The position numbers were made by a program, and so were the translations under genes. Below are positions 6,511 through 8,380 of a stretch of 8,380 nucleotides of DNA, piece after piece. Position 1 is the stretch's first letter; each line of letters opens with the position of its first letter. The notes beneath the pieces were generated by a model. It had not been told where the DNA came from and ran no database searches. It saw nothing but the letters and a program-made list of their open reading frames with translations. The DNA is from a virus (taxonomy: Duplodnaviria; Heunggongvirae; Uroviricota; Caudoviricetes), in the IMG/VR virus record IMGVR_UViG_2684622669_000009, positions 1 through 8,380 of that record; one strand, written 5' to 3'.

Positions 6511-7197
6511 ATGACTGCTAACGTAACCCCATCTGTTTTTCATTTTGAATCAGAAGCAACCATTCGAGCCATTGTTATTGATGGAAATCCTTGGTTTGTT
6601 GCCAAAGACGTTATTAAAGCTCTTCAACTGACAAACCCCACTATGTCAATAAAATCTCTTGATGATGATGAAAGGGCTAAATTTAACTTAGGCCGTCAAG
6701 GCGAAACCAATATTATCAACGAGTCAGGCCTCTACACACTGATCCTCCGCTGCCGCGATGCGGTGACACCAGGCACTATCCCCTACCGCTTTCGTAAATG
6801 GGTTACAGGTGAGGTTCTTCCTCAGATCCGCCGCACCGGAAGTTACATTAAAAACTCGCTCCCGCAGGAAGAACGCATAAAGATGGTTGCCGACCAGGTA
6901 GCCAACGCCACAGCATCAGCAGTGATGCAGGCAATGAAGATAGAGAACAAAACCTACAGCGCCCCACTGAAGCCCGGCTACCGCAGTCTGATTCATTCTC
7001 CGTCTGGTGTTCTCGGCTTGACGGAGAACTCACTGCTGATGAATCTGCTGAACCGGTTACAGGAAGACGGGCACGACGTATCGGGCGCGGCGGCGGAGCT
7101 GACCACCATGTTCTGCTACATCGTCGGTGTGAGCAAATGCCTGCGTGATATCCAGACACACGCGGAGTACATCAACGACAAAGCAGGGTTCTTCTGA
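6511..7197 (+). CDS. Bro-N domain phage antirepressor-like protein
   Basis: 228 aa. N-terminal ~110 aa fit the Bro-N pattern (FHFESEATIRAIVIDGNPWFVAKDVIKALQL...ESGLYTLILRCRD). The C-terminal ~78 aa are paralogous to the upstream 85-aa protein. Confidence 0.85.
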   Translation: MTANVTPSVFHFESEATIRAIVIDGNPWFVAKDVIKALQLTNPTMSIKSLDDDERAKFNLGRQGETNIINESGLYTLILRCRDAVTPGTIPYRFRKWVTGEVLPQIRRTGSYIKNSLPQEERIKMVADQVANATASAVMQAMKIENKTYSAPLKPGYRSLIHSPSGVLGLTENSLLMNLLNRLQEDGHDVSGAAAELTTMFCYIVGVSKCLRDIQTHAEYINDKAGFF

Positions 7198-7204
7198 CGG
7201 CGGC

Positions 7205-7223
7205 GGCACAGGGATGTGCCTTT
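7205..7223 (+). terminator. Weak candidate terminator hairpin after the Bro-N gene
   Basis: Stem ggcaca (7205-7210) / tgtgcc (7215-7220) with a GGGA loop, followed by only TTT then AAA. A weak terminator at best. Confidence 0.3.
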
Positions 7224-7313
7224 AAATAATTCTGTACAGATTGCAGGTGAATAGCTTACTATTACCTCACGGGTGATCCATAGCGATTAGGCACCGATAC
7301 AGGAGGAGCCCAC

Positions 7314-7346
7314 ATGAGAAAATTTGACGAGTACGAAGGCGTTTAA
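7314..7346 (+). CDS. Mini-ORF (10 codons, MRKFDEYEGV) with a strong Shine-Dalgarno; candidate leader peptide
   Basis: AGGAGG (7301-7306) lies 7 nt upstream of the ATG at 7314; stop TAA at 7344-7346. An in-frame stop just upstream rules out a longer ORF. A hairpin follows 18 nt downstream. Tiny ORFs are often chance, so confidence is low. Confidence 0.25.
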   Translation: MRKFDEYEGV

Positions 7347-7364
7347 CATTCGGATAGTTTAATG

Positions 7365-7387
7365 ACGGGGCCATTAGGCCCCGTTTT
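7365..7387 (+). terminator. GC-rich hairpin (terminator or attenuator) immediately upstream of the 179-aa gene
   Basis: Perfect 8-bp stem acggggcc (7365-7372) / ggccccgt (7377-7384) with a 4-nt loop, followed by a short T-run (TTT then CAT). The downstream gene's Shine-Dalgarno starts only 8 nt after the hairpin, so the hairpin must lie in that gene's 5' leader unless the gene is read through from upstream. Confidence 0.45.
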
Positions 7388-7405
7388 CATGTCTGGAGAC
7401 AGTTT

Positions 7406-7945
7406 GTGTTAAGTGAAGAAATGCAATTTGCCATGGCTGTAGCTCAAATCGTAAGTGCAGTCGCGGTTTCGCTTGGCTTGTTCATAGCTATCGCTACTAT
7501 TATTTATAATGTAAATACAGCGAGAAAAGTACACACTTCAGTATTCCTTGGTGAAAGCAGGTTTGATGTAGATTATAAGAAAGGCCTATCTACTATGCGC
7601 CGCATTCACGAATCGAACAAATCATTCCGCTCTTATATGTATCCAAGCAATGGGCAGGCTGATCTTACGGATGAAGAAAAGACAGAGAAGAGAGAAATAA
7701 TTTACTGTCTAGGTTTCTACGAACGCATGGCTGTGAGCGTGAAGCGGAAAACTTATGATGAGACCATGATTAAGGAAGTATTTTACAGCTCCGTTGTAAA
7801 TAACTATCAGATTGCGCTACCTCTTATACAAGCCATTAGAGAAAAAGAAAACATAAACACATATTTTAAAGAATATGAATGGTTGGCCACACGATGGAAG
7901 GATTGCCCATTGAAGGATAAATCCCCGTGGTACAAGTTTTGGTAA
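7406..7945 (+). CDS. Membrane-anchored protein of unknown function (179 aa); candidate superinfection-exclusion / abortive-infection effector
   Basis: GTG start at 7406 with GGAGA 6 nt upstream (alternative ATG at 7421). One N-terminal TM helix (FAMAVAQIVSAVAVSLGLFIAIATIIYNV) then a ~140-aa charged soluble domain rich in K/E/Y. Lower GC than its neighbours (estimated by eye at roughly 40%). Followed directly by a strong terminator. I recognise no family for it. Confidence 0.7.
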   Translation: MLSEEMQFAMAVAQIVSAVAVSLGLFIAIATIIYNVNTARKVHTSVFLGESRFDVDYKKGLSTMRRIHESNKSFRSYMYPSNGQADLTDEEKTEKREIIYCLGFYERMAVSVKRKTYDETMIKEVFYSSVVNNYQIALPLIQAIREKENINTYFKEYEWLATRWKDCPLKDKSPWYKFW

Positions 7946-7966
7946 GCCCGCGCTGCGGGCTTTTTT
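7946..7966 (+). terminator. Intrinsic terminator after the 179-aa gene
   Basis: Stem gcccgc (7946-7951) / gcgggc (7955-7960) with a 3-nt loop, followed by a run of 6 T (7961-7966). Begins one nucleotide after the TAA stop. Confidence 0.75.
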
Positions 7967-8038
7967 GTGGACGAAACAAAAGTCAGTGCTACACTCATTG
8001 ACGCCACATTGAGGTGGCTTATAGATGGAAATTTCACA

Positions 8039-8200
8039 ATGAAAAAAGCATTTGCTGCACTGTTCGTTTTGTTGTCTCTGGTAGCTTCAACTCAGGCTTT
8101 TGCCGGTCGTTGTCAGCACGACAGCGATACTGCTGCTGACGGCTCCCGCTGCGGTGGGCGTTCTGCGGACTCCCGCCCGGGCGGCGGTGGCATTCGTTAA
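8039..8200 (+). CDS. Possible small secreted peptide (53 aa) with an N-terminal signal peptide
   Basis: ATG at 8039. MKKAFAALFVLLSLVASTQAFA looks like a Sec signal peptide with an AFA cleavage motif; the predicted mature part (~31 aa, Gly/Ser/Arg-rich, two Cys) is low-complexity. No clear Shine-Dalgarno, GC-rich region with ORFs in several frames, and a 5-codon upstream ORF (8025-8042) overlaps the start as ATGA. May be spurious. Confidence 0.3.
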   Translation: MKKAFAALFVLLSLVASTQAFAGRCQHDSDTAADGSRCGGRSADSRPGGGGIR

Positions 8201-8222
8201 AAACAAGGCCGCGAAAGCGGCC
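8197..8222 (-). terminator. Intrinsic terminator on the minus strand, downstream of the partial minus-strand gene
   Basis: Perfect 6-bp stem ggccgc (8207-8212) / gcggcc (8217-8222) with a 4-nt loop; on the minus strand it is followed by TTGTTTTTAA (plus 8197-8206). Sits 10 nt after the candidate minus-strand stop at 8232-8234. Confidence 0.6.
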
Positions 8223-8231
8223 TGTGACATG

Positions 8232-8380
8232 TCACGTCCCTTTTCTGAATGATATCCATTCGAAAAATGATGACATTCCACCGCAGACAACAGCAAAGAT
8301 GATCCCACCAAAGAAGAGAATGCCAGCCTGCCACCACTCCCACCGCCATACATCCACAGCGCCAACCATACCAACAATCG
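8232..8380 (-). CDS. 3' end of a minus-strand gene for a hydrophobic, Trp-rich small or membrane protein; partial, continues beyond the window
   Basis: Hand translation of the minus strand in the frame that stops at 8232-8234 gives ...IVGMVGAVDVWRWEWWQAGILFFGGIIFAVVCGGMSSFFEWISFRKGT*, which ends cleanly just before the minus-strand terminator. The overlapping ORF-track frame (8087..8377) would run through that hairpin and is low-complexity. A complete 46-aa protein from the ATG at 8367-8369 is also possible. Confidence 0.3.
   Translation of the reverse strand, partial: IVGMVGAVDVWRWEWWQAGILFFGGIIFAVVCGGMSSFFEWISFRKGT

Noticed and set aside
6848-7159. 103-aa minus-strand ORF inside the Bro-N gene
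   Set aside because: Antisense to the Bro-N C-terminal domain, whose coding status is supported by the paralogue upstream; the translation is Ser/Arg/Pro-rich, typical of antisense reading of GC-rich coding DNA.
7807-8037. 76-aa minus-strand ORF overlapping the 3' end of the 179-aa gene and its terminator
   Set aside because: It would have to read through the strong terminator hairpin and is antisense to a better-supported gene; no Shine-Dalgarno.
7967-8038. Longer version of the small secreted-peptide ORF starting at 7967
   Set aside because: That start is a GTG inside the T-run of the upstream terminator; the extra N-terminal 24 residues would precede and bury the signal peptide. The internal ATG at 8039 is the only sensible start if the ORF is real.
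8087-8377. 96-aa minus-strand ORF from the ORF track
   Set aside because: Runs straight through the minus-strand terminator hairpin (8207-8222) and is low-complexity (GGGSGG, SSLLLS, AAR...). An alternative minus frame ends cleanly before the terminator and is preferred.
1-8380. CRISPR arrays, tRNA/rRNA genes, integrase / att sites, IS elements
   Set aside because: No regularly spaced direct repeats, no tRNA-like cloverleaf candidates, no recombinase-like or transposase-like ORFs and no terminal inverted repeats flanking any gene were seen. The repeats present are short regulatory-type palindromes.

Overview
This 8.4 kb window reads as a mosaic temperate-phage (prophage) segment from an enterobacterial-type genome; no integrase, att site, tRNA, rRNA, CRISPR array or IS element is visible. 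All calls rest on reading the sequence and the supplied ORF translations; no database search was run. Left to right: (1) a minus-strand lysis cassette of two overlapping holin-like membrane proteins, a GH19-type endolysin and an Rz i-spanin with an embedded Rz1 lipoprotein, ending in an intrinsic terminator; (2) a strongly AT-rich acyltransferase-3 gene on the opposite strand, the classic signature of a phage O-antigen-modifying conversion gene; (3) a 740-aa minus-strand tailspike with a T7 gp17-like N-terminus and a pectate-lyase-like beta-helix signature; (4) a divergent plus-strand module that starts with a near-consensus LexA (SOS) box, then an 85-aa protein, a structured 315-bp spacer, a Bro-N antirepressor whose C-terminal domain is a clear paralogue of the 85-aa protein, a 10-codon mini-ORF with a strong Shine-Dalgarno, and a lower-GC 179-aa membrane-anchored protein of unknown function bracketed by hairpin terminators; (5) a doubtful small signal-peptide ORF and the 3' end of a minus-strand gene running off the window. 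The most interesting candidate for an undescribed system is the apparently SOS-controlled module ending in the 179-aa membrane-anchored protein.
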